A stretch of 64,000 nt of DNA from assembly GCA_043800255.1 (NCBI GenBank), contig JAZDNF010000009.1:128001-192000 (forward strand). Reading direction: 5' to 3'. Origin of the DNA: Candidatus Altiarchaeota archaeon (GTDB lineage: Archaea; Altiarchaeota; Altiarchaeia; IMC4; SCGC-AAA252-I15). This document shows positions 18,584-27,656 of this stretch, in pieces. The position numbers were made by a program, and so were the translations under genes. Positions within the stretch are counted from its first letter, which is position 1; every line of letters starts with the position of its first letter. The notes beneath the pieces are model-generated. The model was given only the letters and a program-made list of their open reading frames with translations. It made no database searches and was not told where the DNA came from.

Positions 18584-21500
18584 TCAAGCCCCCTCTATCG
18601 CCTCCCTCGATTTAGTCTTATGATTGTAAGCTTCCACCCTGTCTCCGTCGAATATTATGCCGCCCCCTCCCCCACCGTAGGCGTCTGCCATCCCAGCATC
18701 AACGTTGATTATTCTCCCACCATACTGCTGGTTGACTCGGTTATCTCTCCTGTCAGGGATGTGCGCGTGGACTATCCGCTCAACTCCAAGCTCTCCTAGA
18801 AGCTGACCTAATGCCCGCTCTTTCTTTGGAGTTCCAATTGCCCAGTAATCTTGCAAATTGAGATTAGGATCCCTGCGAGTTGCATCGAATGCTCCATTAA
18901 CATCACCGAAACGCTTTTTCCCTTCACCATTCAACTCTAATCCGCCTAGAGCATGATACCATTCCCAATTACGCTGCGTATCCCCAGCCCACATGGGAGA
19001 GTTCCCGCTATTCCACCTGTTAAAATCGAGGTTCCCTCCGCTCATGTCTTTTTGCATCTCCTGCATGCCCTCAAGGCCAGTCTTTCCTTTGTAGGGTATC
19101 CAGTCGCCATTCTGATCCAACGGCAATCCAGCGTGCACGAAGAGTGCGTTGTTCTCAAGATGGTATATGCTGCCTTTCGCCCCCATCTGCTCCGCCATCC
19201 TCTGAAGCCGCGGATTGTTCATAGCGCCCCGCTGGTCTGAAGCACCCACCTCATTCAGAACTTTGTCACCTCCGTTGTACATCCAGTTCTGGTACGCATT
19301 CGTATCCCCCTGCATCGCTGCCATGAAGAAGAGATCGTGATTTCCTAACAGTCCAACCGCCCTGCCCTGGTCGATAAGACCGCCATCTCCGAACACCTGC
19401 TCAGCTACAGCAACCCCCTGATCACCCCTGTCCATATAGTCCCCATGGAATACGAACCTGTCGCCGCTGTGAGCCTCCATGATCTCCTGAAACCTGCCCA
19501 ACTCCCCATGCTGGTCTCCGACCGCCATAAGCCTGTTGTATTTACCGCCAGTCGATTCACCGACGGGGATGATACTGCCGTCAGACTGTGGTCCCGCCAA
19601 AATCACAGGCTCGCCGGCGGCTGCTTCGGTTACGGGCTGGGCGTTTGGCGTCGACTCATGCGCATGAGCAGGAGCAACAGGTGGCTTCTCCGGCTCCGGA
19701 GGTCTCTCTGGCCTAGGGCCGCCTGAGGATGGTGGCCGGCCTCCTGACGGACCAGCACCTCCTCCAGAGCTGCCCGGCTTTTCGACCCTGCGCTTCCCGC
19801 GCCGTTCCTTAGCCAGCCTCCTCGCGCCCAACGCGGCCCCAATCCCCAAGCCTATGGCCGAACCTAAGAACGGAACAGGAAGAACGGTTCCAACAGCCAT
19901 TCCAGCACCAAGATAAGGAGCTAACGTCCTCAAACGCTTCCATTTCGGATACTTGTACTTGCCGCTCACTATGTCATCGTATATGCCGAACGCCTTTCTT
20001 TTCGACTTGGTGCCCTGGAGGTTCATCTCATCCAGGCGTTTCTTTGCCTTCCACTCCTCATTCTTGCCTACTGCACCAACAGCGTATTCGTTTGGAGACT
20101 TCACATGCAGCATCCCATTCCTCTTCGAGGCGAGCTCCCGGTGCCTGTAACCCAACGTCTTATCCCCGGTTGCCTTCTCAGCGAACTTCAACTTATCATC
20201 AAAGCCCATTGTTCTCTTCTCATCCCTGTTAAGACCTCTGACGCCGTCTTCAAACTGGGCGTCAGCTTTAATCCAGCGCTCATTGTCCACGACGCTGGAA
20301 AAACCGTTCTCCTTCGCGCGTGCGAGCATCTCCCCGTACTCGCCCTCATCTCTAAGACCTTCAAGATCGGATTTCCCCGGCCCCAACAGCTCGTCCAGAG
20401 ACTGCAACTTGTCGAATGCGTCGCCGGCATTAACAAGGCCTAAATCCTCGCCCAAGGGATTGTCAATCTCCTCATCCCTGAGATTTTGAATCTCGTCACT
20501 AACCCTGCTTATCTCCCCAGTATCCTCGATCATTCTGCCTAACCGCTCATCATGCTCATCCCCAAGTTTGAGCTTATCCTTAACAGACTCAACTCTCTCC
20601 TCGGGTTTCCCGGCGGAATCTTTTATCGCCTTCTCAATATCCCTCTTACTGTTGCCTGTCTGAGCCTCAAGATCCGCGATGTCAGACTGCCTCCTATCCT
20701 TCCTGTGCTCAACCTCGGCGTTCAGGACTTCCAGCTTCCGCATCTTCTCGTTTTTCCCCAACGCCTTCTGCTTACCCCTGAGACCGTCAACCTCATGATC
20801 GTATGCGCTGCCTCTCGTCTGAAGCACCTCCGCCACATCGCCAACTCCAGCGTCTATCTCAAGAAGAGAGTAAGCGCCTAAAACCTTCTTACCGTCTGCT
20901 GATGGGATGGCTCCAGGGCCCCCGCCAGGCTTCCCGCCTGCTGAACCCTCCCCACCGGATCCGCCCTTATCAGGCGCTCCACCAGGCTTGCCTCCCGGAG
21001 GCCCACCACCAGGCGTCCCCCCAGCACCAGGAGCAGGCCCTCTAGCAGCAGCCCTTGTCGTATCAGCCATCTGCTCCCGCCTACGTTTATCAACCCCTTT
21101 GACTATTTTGCTGACTCCGATGGTGGCCGCGATTCCGATGCCGACGCCGCCGAAAAGGGACATGGATGACAGGAGTGCCAAGCTGACGCCAGCATGCGAT
21201 GCGAGCATGCTAGTGGGAGCCTGCGCTATCTTCCTGCGCATGTAAGTGCCGAAGATGCTCACACTATTCGGACCCTTGTAACCTTTGTCAGACTTGCCCT
21301 TACCCCTCATCCTATCCCTGGCTCTCACATCCAGCTCAGCCTTCGCGAGCTTCCAATCCCTGTCTTTAGTAATCTGGGGGAACAATTTACCCCACTCAGT
21401 ATACTCTTTCGTTTCCTTATCCCGCTCAATGCCAGCGCCAAGCGCCCGCCCCATATGACGAGCGTAACCCTTAAGGAACGGCGGCAAAACGTACATCTTC

Positions 21501-22855
21501 TCCGCCCCGGCAGCTGTGAACACCTTCCCAATAGGCTGCACCGCAGTCAAAAGGCCATCCTTTGCAGCACCAGTCAGAGACTCCATAAGACCCCTCTTCT
21601 GCTGCGTGCTGGTCGAGCCCATCCGCCCCCCATACAAGAAATTGTCGACAGCCCCATCCCAACCACTCCGACTGAAAACGCCCTTACTGAGTTTACCGCC
21701 TCCAGCATCCTTGATACCATGATAGACTCCTCGCACGCCTCGGGCAGGCTTGCTGACGTCTCCTCCCGGGCGGGCGACTTCAGGCCTGCTGTCCTGATAC
21801 TCATCCCATCCCGCCTTTCGGAATCCTGTGAACGAGCCCGCAGCCTCCAAAGCCCACGGGCCGCTGCCCATCATAAGCTGACCTACCGCTATCATCTTCG
21901 GACTGCCCCAGTACCCTCCAGCTGCATTAACATAACTCCCCAGTGAGCTCATGAGGGTGGTCATCATCAGAGGCGAGATGATGATCATGGCAAAGCAGAC
22001 TATGGCAAGCAGAGCGCCTAACACGCCCTGAAAGTCAGCTAACAATGAGAGGAACATGACATAGAACAGCGTCTGGAGAACGGGGATTGAAATCCAAATG
22101 AGCGTCCACCTCATCAACTTAGCGCCCAACTTCTTCGTGTAATCCCACATGTAGAAGAAGATGGTTATGGGAAAGAAGGCGCCAAGTATGGCAACCACAA
22201 GATACCTCACATAGACCATGATAGCAGCAAGAAGTATCAGAAGTAGCACAATCCATCCGACCGTGCAAAGGAAATGAGGGAAGAACAGGAGAACCAGGAG
22301 GAGTATGACGCCGTTCATGGCCGCATTCCAGTCCCCTCCCGGAAACGCGGTCGTGAATATGGAATCAACCATCGCCTTCTCGATGTCAAGAATCATCTGA
22401 TATATCATCGGGGCGAAAGTCACGATAACGAGGCCGAAAAACAGCCGAGTGATGTACTGTTTAGCGTGCGCCCTCCGCCTATAGTCCATGGACACGAATA
22501 TCAGATACATCCCAGCCAGGATGATCACGCCCATGTAAGCTGGGATAACAATCAGCATCGCAAGCCTACTGATGTCCTTATAGGAACCGGTAAGCTGGCC
22601 AGTGCCCCAGTCGTAGATGTTAGGATTTAAGGACAAACCATCGAGAAGCAATCCAGTAAACCACCTCACGCCGTCCATCAAAAACCCTGAGAGCCAGTCG
22701 ATGATCTTACCTATCAGCCCCGGACCAGCACCAACGCCCTTGCCCATAGCGCCCGTCGAACCAACCTTCTCATCCCCAGAAGCAAAAAACGAGAACAATA
22801 GGAGTAAGGACGAGAAGAGTAGCGTCAACTTGATAATCTGATGCCTACTTTTCAT
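18584..22855 (-). CDS. VirB6/TrbL-like membrane domain fused via Gly/Pro-rich and coiled-coil regions to a C-terminal PPP-family metallophosphoesterase
   Basis: N-terminal TM bundle with RYLVVAILGAFFPITIFFYMWDYTKKLG. C-terminal GDQHG, GDYMDRG, GNHD, FVHAG, HAH and VDAGM motifs. Confidence 0.7.
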   Translation of the reverse strand: MKSRHQIIKLTLLFSSLLLLFSFFASGDEKVGSTGAMGKGVGAGPGLIGKIIDWLSGFLMDGVRWFTGLLLDGLSLNPNIYDWGTGQLTGSYKDISRLAMLIVIPAYMGVIILAGMYLIFVSMDYRRRAHAKQYITRLFFGLVIVTFAPMIYQMILDIEKAMVDSIFTTAFPGGDWNAAMNGVILLLVLLFFPHFLCTVGWIVLLLILLAAIMVYVRYLVVAILGAFFPITIFFYMWDYTKKLGAKLMRWTLIWISIPVLQTLFYVMFLSLLADFQGVLGALLAIVCFAMIIISPLMMTTLMSSLGSYVNAAGGYWGSPKMIAVGQLMMGSGPWALEAAGSFTGFRKAGWDEYQDSRPEVARPGGDVSKPARGVRGVYHGIKDAGGGKLSKGVFSRSGWDGAVDNFLYGGRMGSTSTQQKRGLMESLTGAAKDGLLTAVQPIGKVFTAAGAEKMYVLPPFLKGYARHMGRALGAGIERDKETKEYTEWGKLFPQITKDRDWKLAKAELDVRARDRMRGKGKSDKGYKGPNSVSIFGTYMRRKIAQAPTSMLASHAGVSLALLSSMSLFGGVGIGIAATIGVSKIVKGVDKRRREQMADTTRAAARGPAPGAGGTPGGGPPGGKPGGAPDKGGSGGEGSAGGKPGGGPGAIPSADGKKVLGAYSLLEIDAGVGDVAEVLQTRGSAYDHEVDGLRGKQKALGKNEKMRKLEVLNAEVEHRKDRRQSDIADLEAQTGNSKRDIEKAIKDSAGKPEERVESVKDKLKLGDEHDERLGRMIEDTGEISRVSDEIQNLRDEEIDNPLGEDLGLVNAGDAFDKLQSLDELLGPGKSDLEGLRDEGEYGEMLARAKENGFSSVVDNERWIKADAQFEDGVRGLNRDEKRTMGFDDKLKFAEKATGDKTLGYRHRELASKRNGMLHVKSPNEYAVGAVGKNEEWKAKKRLDEMNLQGTKSKRKAFGIYDDIVSGKYKYPKWKRLRTLAPYLGAGMAVGTVLPVPFLGSAIGLGIGAALGARRLAKERRGKRRVEKPGSSGGGAGPSGGRPPSSGGPRPERPPEPEKPPVAPAHAHESTPNAQPVTEAAAGEPVILAGPQSDGSIIPVGESTGGKYNRLMAVGDQHGELGRFQEIMEAHSGDRFVFHGDYMDRGDQGVAVAEQVFGDGGLIDQGRAVGLLGNHDLFFMAAMQGDTNAYQNWMYNGGDKVLNEVGASDQRGAMNNPRLQRMAEQMGAKGSIYHLENNALFVHAGLPLDQNGDWIPYKGKTGLEGMQEMQKDMSGGNLDFNRWNSGNSPMWAGDTQRNWEWYHALGGLELNGEGKKRFGDVNGAFDATRRDPNLNLQDYWAIGTPKKERALGQLLGELGVERIVHAHIPDRRDNRVNQQYGGRIINVDAGMADAYGGGGGGIIFDGDRVEAYNHKTKSREAIEGA

Positions 22856-23315
22856 AAGAACCCCATAATCTTCCGGAGCTCCTGTGAGAGGTTAAAGTCC
22901 TGTTGTCAAGATAGTCAACCGCAAGAAGCACCTCAAACCTCCCGCCAGCCTCACCCTCGCGTATAACCGTTGTGTTAATGTTCTGTATGCTCCCCGGCGG
23001 GACTTCAACAGGAAGCGACGGTTGGAGAACGACAGACTGTAATGTTCCACCGACTACAACCTGAACGTCGGTGATGTTAACAGACCCCCCGACTTCGTTA
23101 ACAAACGATATTGATAGGTTGCCCTCTTCAACCATTTTGAAATCTGCAGGCATTAGACCCCAGAAACCCAGAGAACCAGGAGCGATATCACCGCCGATGT
23201 TGAACAGGCCCAGCTGCCATGCCATCAGGATGGCAACAATAAGCAGGAGAAGAGCCCAACCATAGGTCATAAGAAACTCTAACGCGCCCTGACCTTTGGT
23301 GGACTGGATTCTCAT
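22845..23315 (-). CDS. Class III signal peptide (type IV pilin-like) protein
   Basis: KG|QGALEFLMTYGWALL prepilin-peptidase cleavage motif followed by a hydrophobic helix and a beta-rich domain. Confidence 0.85.
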   Translation of the reverse strand: MRIQSTKGQGALEFLMTYGWALLLLIVAILMAWQLGLFNIGGDIAPGSLGFWGLMPADFKMVEEGNLSISFVNEVGGSVNITDVQVVVGGTLQSVVLQPSLPVEVPPGSIQNINTTVIREGEAGGRFEVLLAVDYLDNRTLTSHRSSGRLWGSYEK

Positions 23316-23394
23316 CTTAGAGGCTAGAATAACCCAATACTATATTAAAAGCAGAACAATAAAAGGTGTTAGAAGCTGGAGAAAGCTGCAGATT

Positions 23395-25155
23395 TCAACG
23401 TCTGACAGAGGTCTCGCTATCCCACATGTCACCTGGATTATCTTCCCGCCTTATCAGGAACCTCCCAATGACCAGACAGTCTATTCTGGTCCCCATCATG
23501 CACTTGTACGCATCAGACGGCGTGCAGACTATCGGCTCCCCGCGCACATTATAGGATGTGTTTATCAGCATCGGCACTCCTGAAAGTTTTCCGAACTCCT
23601 TGATCAGGTCATGGTAGAGTGGATTCTGGGATCGCCTGATGGTTTGCAGCCTCCCCGTGCCGTCAACGTGGGTTACGGCAGGTATTCTCTGACGCCACTT
23701 TTCTTTGACAGGATATACCATCAGCATATAGTATGTGGGCTCAGGCAGGGGAACATCACATTCGAAAAAATCCAGCGCATCGTCCTCGCACACTACGGGA
23801 GCGAACGGCCTGAAACCCTCCCTATGCTTCACCTTCATGTTGAGTATGTCCTTCATCTCCGGGTTGATAGGGTTCGCAAGTATGCTCCTCGATCCTAATG
23901 CCCTCGGCCCCCACTCCATCCTACCCTGGAACCATCCGACAATCTTGTCGTCGAATATCAGCTTAGCGGTCTGTCCTATGAGGTCACCATCATTCTCGAA
24001 CTGGGAGTAGATTATTCCGTTCCCGTCTAAGAACTCCCTTATCTCATCGGCTGAGAACTCCGGGCCCAGGTAGGCTGTTGAAAGTGGCGTCTCGCGCGGT
24101 CTCTTGAGCAGCGTATGGTAGAGGTAGGCTGCGACGCCTGCGCTTGTCCCGCCGTCGCCTGGATCCGGATGGATCCAGACATTCTTGAAAGGAGTATTCT
24201 TCAGTATCTTCCCGTTCAACACGCTGTTCAAGCCGACGCCACCAGCCAGCACAAGATTCTCGCAGCCGGTCTCATCATACAGGCTGTTGACAAGTTTAAG
24301 AACGATATCCTCCGTCAGAAGCTGAAGGGCTGCGGCAATGTCCTTGTGCCTCTGCGTCAACTCAGCACCTTCCGTTCTTACTGGGCCTCCGAGAAGATCA
24401 CAAAGTTCTCGGCTCGGCATTCTGTCCTTGTAATGATATGCAAAGTAGCGCATGTCAAGCCTGAAGCTTCCATCATCTTTCACGTCAACCGCTTTTTTCA
24501 GCCGTGAAAAATAGTTGTTAGTCTCCCTGTCCATGTCACCGTAGGCGCTCAGACCCATAACCTTGTACTCGGAGTTGTTCACCTTGAAGCCGAGGTAAGC
24601 TGTTATGGTCGAATACAGCAGCCCGACAGAATGCGGAAACCGTATCTCCCTGAAGAGGGCGATGTCATTCCCCTCAGCGGTTCCATAGGCTGTGGTGGTC
24701 CACTCTCCAACGCCGTCTACGGTAAGAACTGCCGCCTTCTTGAACGGACTAATGAGATAACTTGAGGCTGCGTGCGCCATATGATGTTCCACGAACAGCA
24801 CATTCCCCCTATAGCCTATGGACTTCCGAACTTTCCGCACAACCCTCAGCTTCTCGGTCAGCCAGGAGGGCATAGAAGTGACGAACGTCTTAAGGCTCCG
24901 GGGGAACGTCTGGATGTGCTGGTAGAGCACTCTCTCGAACTTTATGAACGGTTTCTCATAGAAGCCGACATAGTCCAAGTCGGCTGAGGTAATGCCTTCG
25001 CTTTCAAGACAGAACCTTATCGCGTTGATTGGAAACGAATTATCATGCTTCTTTCTCGTGAACCTCTCCTCCGCAGCAGCTGCGACAATTCTGCCGTCCT
25101 TCAGGAGGCATGCTGAAGAATCGTGGTAGTAACATGATATTCCTAGGATGTGCAT
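23395..25155 (-). CDS. O-carbamoyltransferase, NodU/CmcH (SxtI-like) family
   Basis: ILGISCYYHDSSACL, EERFTRKKH, HHMAHAAS, RMEWGPRALGSRS, FRPFAP, THVDGTGRLQT and NTSYN motifs. Confidence 0.95.
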   Translation of the reverse strand: MHILGISCYYHDSSACLLKDGRIVAAAAEERFTRKKHDNSFPINAIRFCLESEGITSADLDYVGFYEKPFIKFERVLYQHIQTFPRSLKTFVTSMPSWLTEKLRVVRKVRKSIGYRGNVLFVEHHMAHAASSYLISPFKKAAVLTVDGVGEWTTTAYGTAEGNDIALFREIRFPHSVGLLYSTITAYLGFKVNNSEYKVMGLSAYGDMDRETNNYFSRLKKAVDVKDDGSFRLDMRYFAYHYKDRMPSRELCDLLGGPVRTEGAELTQRHKDIAAALQLLTEDIVLKLVNSLYDETGCENLVLAGGVGLNSVLNGKILKNTPFKNVWIHPDPGDGGTSAGVAAYLYHTLLKRPRETPLSTAYLGPEFSADEIREFLDGNGIIYSQFENDGDLIGQTAKLIFDDKIVGWFQGRMEWGPRALGSRSILANPINPEMKDILNMKVKHREGFRPFAPVVCEDDALDFFECDVPLPEPTYYMLMVYPVKEKWRQRIPAVTHVDGTGRLQTIRRSQNPLYHDLIKEFGKLSGVPMLINTSYNVRGEPIVCTPSDAYKCMMGTRIDCLVIGRFLIRREDNPGDMWDSETSVRR

Positions 25156-25159
25156 TTTA

Positions 25160-25462
25160 TCAAAACTGTCGATAGTAATCCTTAAAACTTTTTTGTTTCA
25201 GGTTCATGTCTTCCCAGTAGCTGTCCCTGTCTTCGGTTCTCAGCGACAGGAAGTCTTTTTCGAAAAGTCTTGCAAACAGTGAGGTGAATCCAACACCAAA
25301 AAAATACACAAATGTTAGCGATATATAGTTCACAGCATTTGAGACAATTTTGCCGAACTCTTGGAAGAGCCGCCTAAAATCCTTGGATATTAAGTTCAGG
25401 ATGAGAACAAGCGCGATAACATACAAAAGTATCATGTAGGGGATATTAGAAAGAAGGTTCAA
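25160..25462 (-). CDS. SxtJ-like small membrane protein
   Basis: LTFVYFFGVG...LFARLFEKDFL...SYWED...YYRQF C-terminus, next to the carbamoyltransferase. Confidence 0.7.
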   Translation of the reverse strand: MNLLSNIPYMILLYVIALVLILNLISKDFRRLFQEFGKIVSNAVNYISLTFVYFFGVGFTSLFARLFEKDFLSLRTEDRDSYWEDMNLKQKSFKDYYRQF

Positions 25463-25465
25463 AAA

Positions 25466-25627
25466 TCAGAATAAAGTGTATATGAAAGGAGACACTGCAG
25501 TACTCTGCCCGAATACTATGAGAATGCCGACCAAAAGTAGCATTATTACTATGGGAGTGAGCCACCACGCCTTCCTCACCCTGAGAAAATCCCACATTTC
25601 AACGATCAGAGACTTATTTTTTGCCAT
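25466..25627 (-). CDS. DUF5989/SxtK-like 53-aa membrane protein (absent from the ORF track)
   Basis: Own translation: MAKNKSLIVEMWDFLRVRKAWWLTPIVIMLLLVGILIVFGQSTAVSPFIYTLF, with the family-typical RK.WWL.P and PFIYTLF end. Confidence 0.85.
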   Translation of the reverse strand: MAKNKSLIVEMWDFLRVRKAWWLTPIVIMLLLVGILIVFGQSTAVSPFIYTLF

Positions 25628-26135
25628 CTTTCATTCCCCTCACCGCAGCCAACACAATCTCCAGAGTGCCGGGGATGTCCCAGTGTTCCGTGTTCAGGAT
25701 GATATCGTATATCATTAGGTCTTCCAAGTCGATGCCGTATATCCCCTTATACCTTTTTCTCTCGCTCGCCTCCCGCCCCAGTATCGCATCCTCCGGGTCT
25801 CTCGTCTTGTCCCTGACGCTGACGCGCCGAGCCCTGACTTCGAGAGGAGCCGTCAGGAAGATCTTCAGATCAGAGTCTATGAAGTGCGCTGAAATCCTGC
25901 CGTCGACCACGCAGTCGCCCTTCGCCTCACGCCTCTGCCGCTCGTCGATCTCCCTGTCGACTTCCGGATGGCGTTCAGCGTATTCTGAGAATTCCAAAAG
26001 ACGCATATTCCTCTCAGAAGCCATCTGCCGCATTATACTGCCTGCGGATATGTGCCGGTATCCGAGTTCGCGGGCGAGGCCCTCAGCCAGCGTCGTCTTG
26101 CCAGAACCTGCTGAACCGGCTACGGTTATGATCAT
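25614..26135 (-). CDS. cmk: Archaeal cytidylate kinase
   Basis: GSAGSGKTT, ISAGSIMR, VDGRIS and RYKGIYGID motifs. Position after L34e. Confidence 0.92.
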   Translation of the reverse strand: MIITVAGSAGSGKTTLAEGLARELGYRHISAGSIMRQMASERNMRLLEFSEYAERHPEVDREIDERQRREAKGDCVVDGRISAHFIDSDLKIFLTAPLEVRARRVSVRDKTRDPEDAILGREASERKRYKGIYGIDLEDLMIYDIILNTEHWDIPGTLEIVLAAVRGMKDGKK

Positions 26136-26136
26136 C

Positions 26137-26592
26137 CTACGCTTTCTTCGGTTTTTTCTTAGAAGTCTTCTTGGACGATCTCTTTTCCTTCACAGGCTTC
26201 TCTTCCTTTTTCTTCTCGACTACCTTCTTAGCCTTCCTCTTGAATGGCTTCTTAGGCGTCCTCCCCATCTTCTGGCCTGAGCTTACTCGCTCCCACCAGC
26301 CCCTCGGAAGGAACTCCTCCAGTGTGAGGTCTCGTCTGAGGTCAAGGTCATTGTGCTCCGGATAGTGGAATTTGACCCTGAACCGGGTACCATATCTTAT
26401 AAGCTCTTCGGTGCAGTTCACGCACAACAGGCCGGCGTACATCCTCTCGCCGCCGTCGGTTATCTGCACGCCGCATCTCCCGCACGCAGGCAGGTTCTTC
26501 TTCTTGTCCTTGTAGTGTGTTACAGTCCTGCCGCCCGGCGTCCTCCTCTTCACCTTCTTCGTTGACCGTGACCTGTACTTTGGTGCGACCAT
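26137..26592 (-). CDS. rpl34e: 50S ribosomal protein L34e with C-terminal extension
   Basis: YRSRS..KVKRRTPGGRTVTHY, CGRC, ERMYAGLLCVNC. Conserved adk-DUF106-L34e-cmk order. Confidence 0.88.
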   Translation of the reverse strand: MVAPKYRSRSTKKVKRRTPGGRTVTHYKDKKKNLPACGRCGVQITDGGERMYAGLLCVNCTEELIRYGTRFRVKFHYPEHNDLDLRRDLTLEEFLPRGWWERVSSGQKMGRTPKKPFKRKAKKVVEKKKEEKPVKEKRSSKKTSKKKPKKA

Positions 26593-26594
26593 CC

Positions 26595-27020
26595 TTAGTA
26601 ATTACCAAACATCTTATTTAATACCATCGAAACCAGCATCGAACATATGAAATACCACCCGAACCAGCCGAGCTGGATTCCGAACACGGTTGCAACGATT
26701 CCGATTTCGGCATACCTGCGCTGAATCCAGGAGAACACGAGCAGGAAGGGTATCATCGTGTACATCATCGGCTTGAAGGAGTGCTTCATGTTATCCATCA
26801 TGTGAGTCATCATCTCGTCCTGCGCCTTCTTCGCCTTCTTGGAGTCGCCGGACTTCGTAGCCTCCTTCAGCAGCTGCTGGTTCTTTTTCATCTTCTCCTT
26901 CGCCTCCAGCATCTTATCCTTGTCGACGACGGCCCTCCTGACGAGGGAGCTCATCATCATAAGAGCGAACGATATCACCGCTATCTCCCAGCCAGCAGTC
27001 GTAATCAGAAAATCCATCAC
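26595..27020 (-). CDS. DUF106 / EMC3-TMCO1 (Oxa1 superfamily) membrane insertase
   Basis: TM, coiled coil, SFKPMMYTMIPFL, and GWFGWYFICS. Operon context. Confidence 0.88.
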   Translation of the reverse strand: MMDFLITTAGWEIAVISFALMMMSSLVRRAVVDKDKMLEAKEKMKKNQQLLKEATKSGDSKKAKKAQDEMMTHMMDNMKHSFKPMMYTMIPFLLVFSWIQRRYAEIGIVATVFGIQLGWFGWYFICSMLVSMVLNKMFGNY

Positions 27021-27598
27021 CCGCTCCCCAATATCCCCTTCATCTCCTTCACGGCCTTCCCTATCTGCCCCTGGGGATTTTCGACAACCTTTATCGAGGC
27101 GCCGCTTATCACAGAATACGCCCCCGCTACGATACGGTTGAAATCTTGGTGGAACATCAGCTCTTTCACGCCGTCATCGTCCCTGTCTCTCGACTTGTCA
27201 CCCTCTCTCCGCTTTAGGATATCCTCGCCCTTCACTTCGACGATGACTATGCAGTCAGCGTCCAATATCTTGAGAACCTCCTCAGGCAGCCCGGGGAGGA
27301 AACCACGCGACGTTTTGATGGTGCAGTGAGTGTCCAACAGCACATTCCCCCGCTGGCTCTTCTTGTGAATCGCCTCAGCAGCGGTCTTCTGTATCCTCTT
27401 CTGGTCTTCCAACGGCAGCTTCCTCATCTCATCCCTGTCCTCGACCAGTTTCTTGGCTTTGGCTATGTCGAACATCACAGTCCCATAGGTGATGATCTCA
27501 TAGTCCACGCCCTCCGACTTCAGCTCCTCCACAGCCTTCCCGGCCACGGTCGTCTTCCCAGATCCTGGAACGCCGGTCACAATAACAAGCATTTTCAA
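27017..27598 (-). CDS. adkA: Archaeal adenylate kinase
   Basis: VTGVPGSGKTT, RDEMRKL and LDTHCTIKTSRGFLPGLP motifs. Confidence 0.95.
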   Translation of the reverse strand: MKMLVIVTGVPGSGKTTVAGKAVEELKSEGVDYEIITYGTVMFDIAKAKKLVEDRDEMRKLPLEDQKRIQKTAAEAIHKKSQRGNVLLDTHCTIKTSRGFLPGLPEEVLKILDADCIVIVEVKGEDILKRREGDKSRDRDDDGVKELMFHQDFNRIVAGAYSVISGASIKVVENPQGQIGKAVKEMKGILGSG

Positions 27599-27656
27599 AA
27601 AAAAGATGAGTTAATAATGAGGTGGATATGTATTTAAAATAACTTAAGAAGAAGGT

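Noticed and set aside
23395-25627. Saxitoxin biosynthesis
   Set aside because: Only the widespread SxtI/J/K-like trio is present, with no sxtA, sxtG or other pathway genes.
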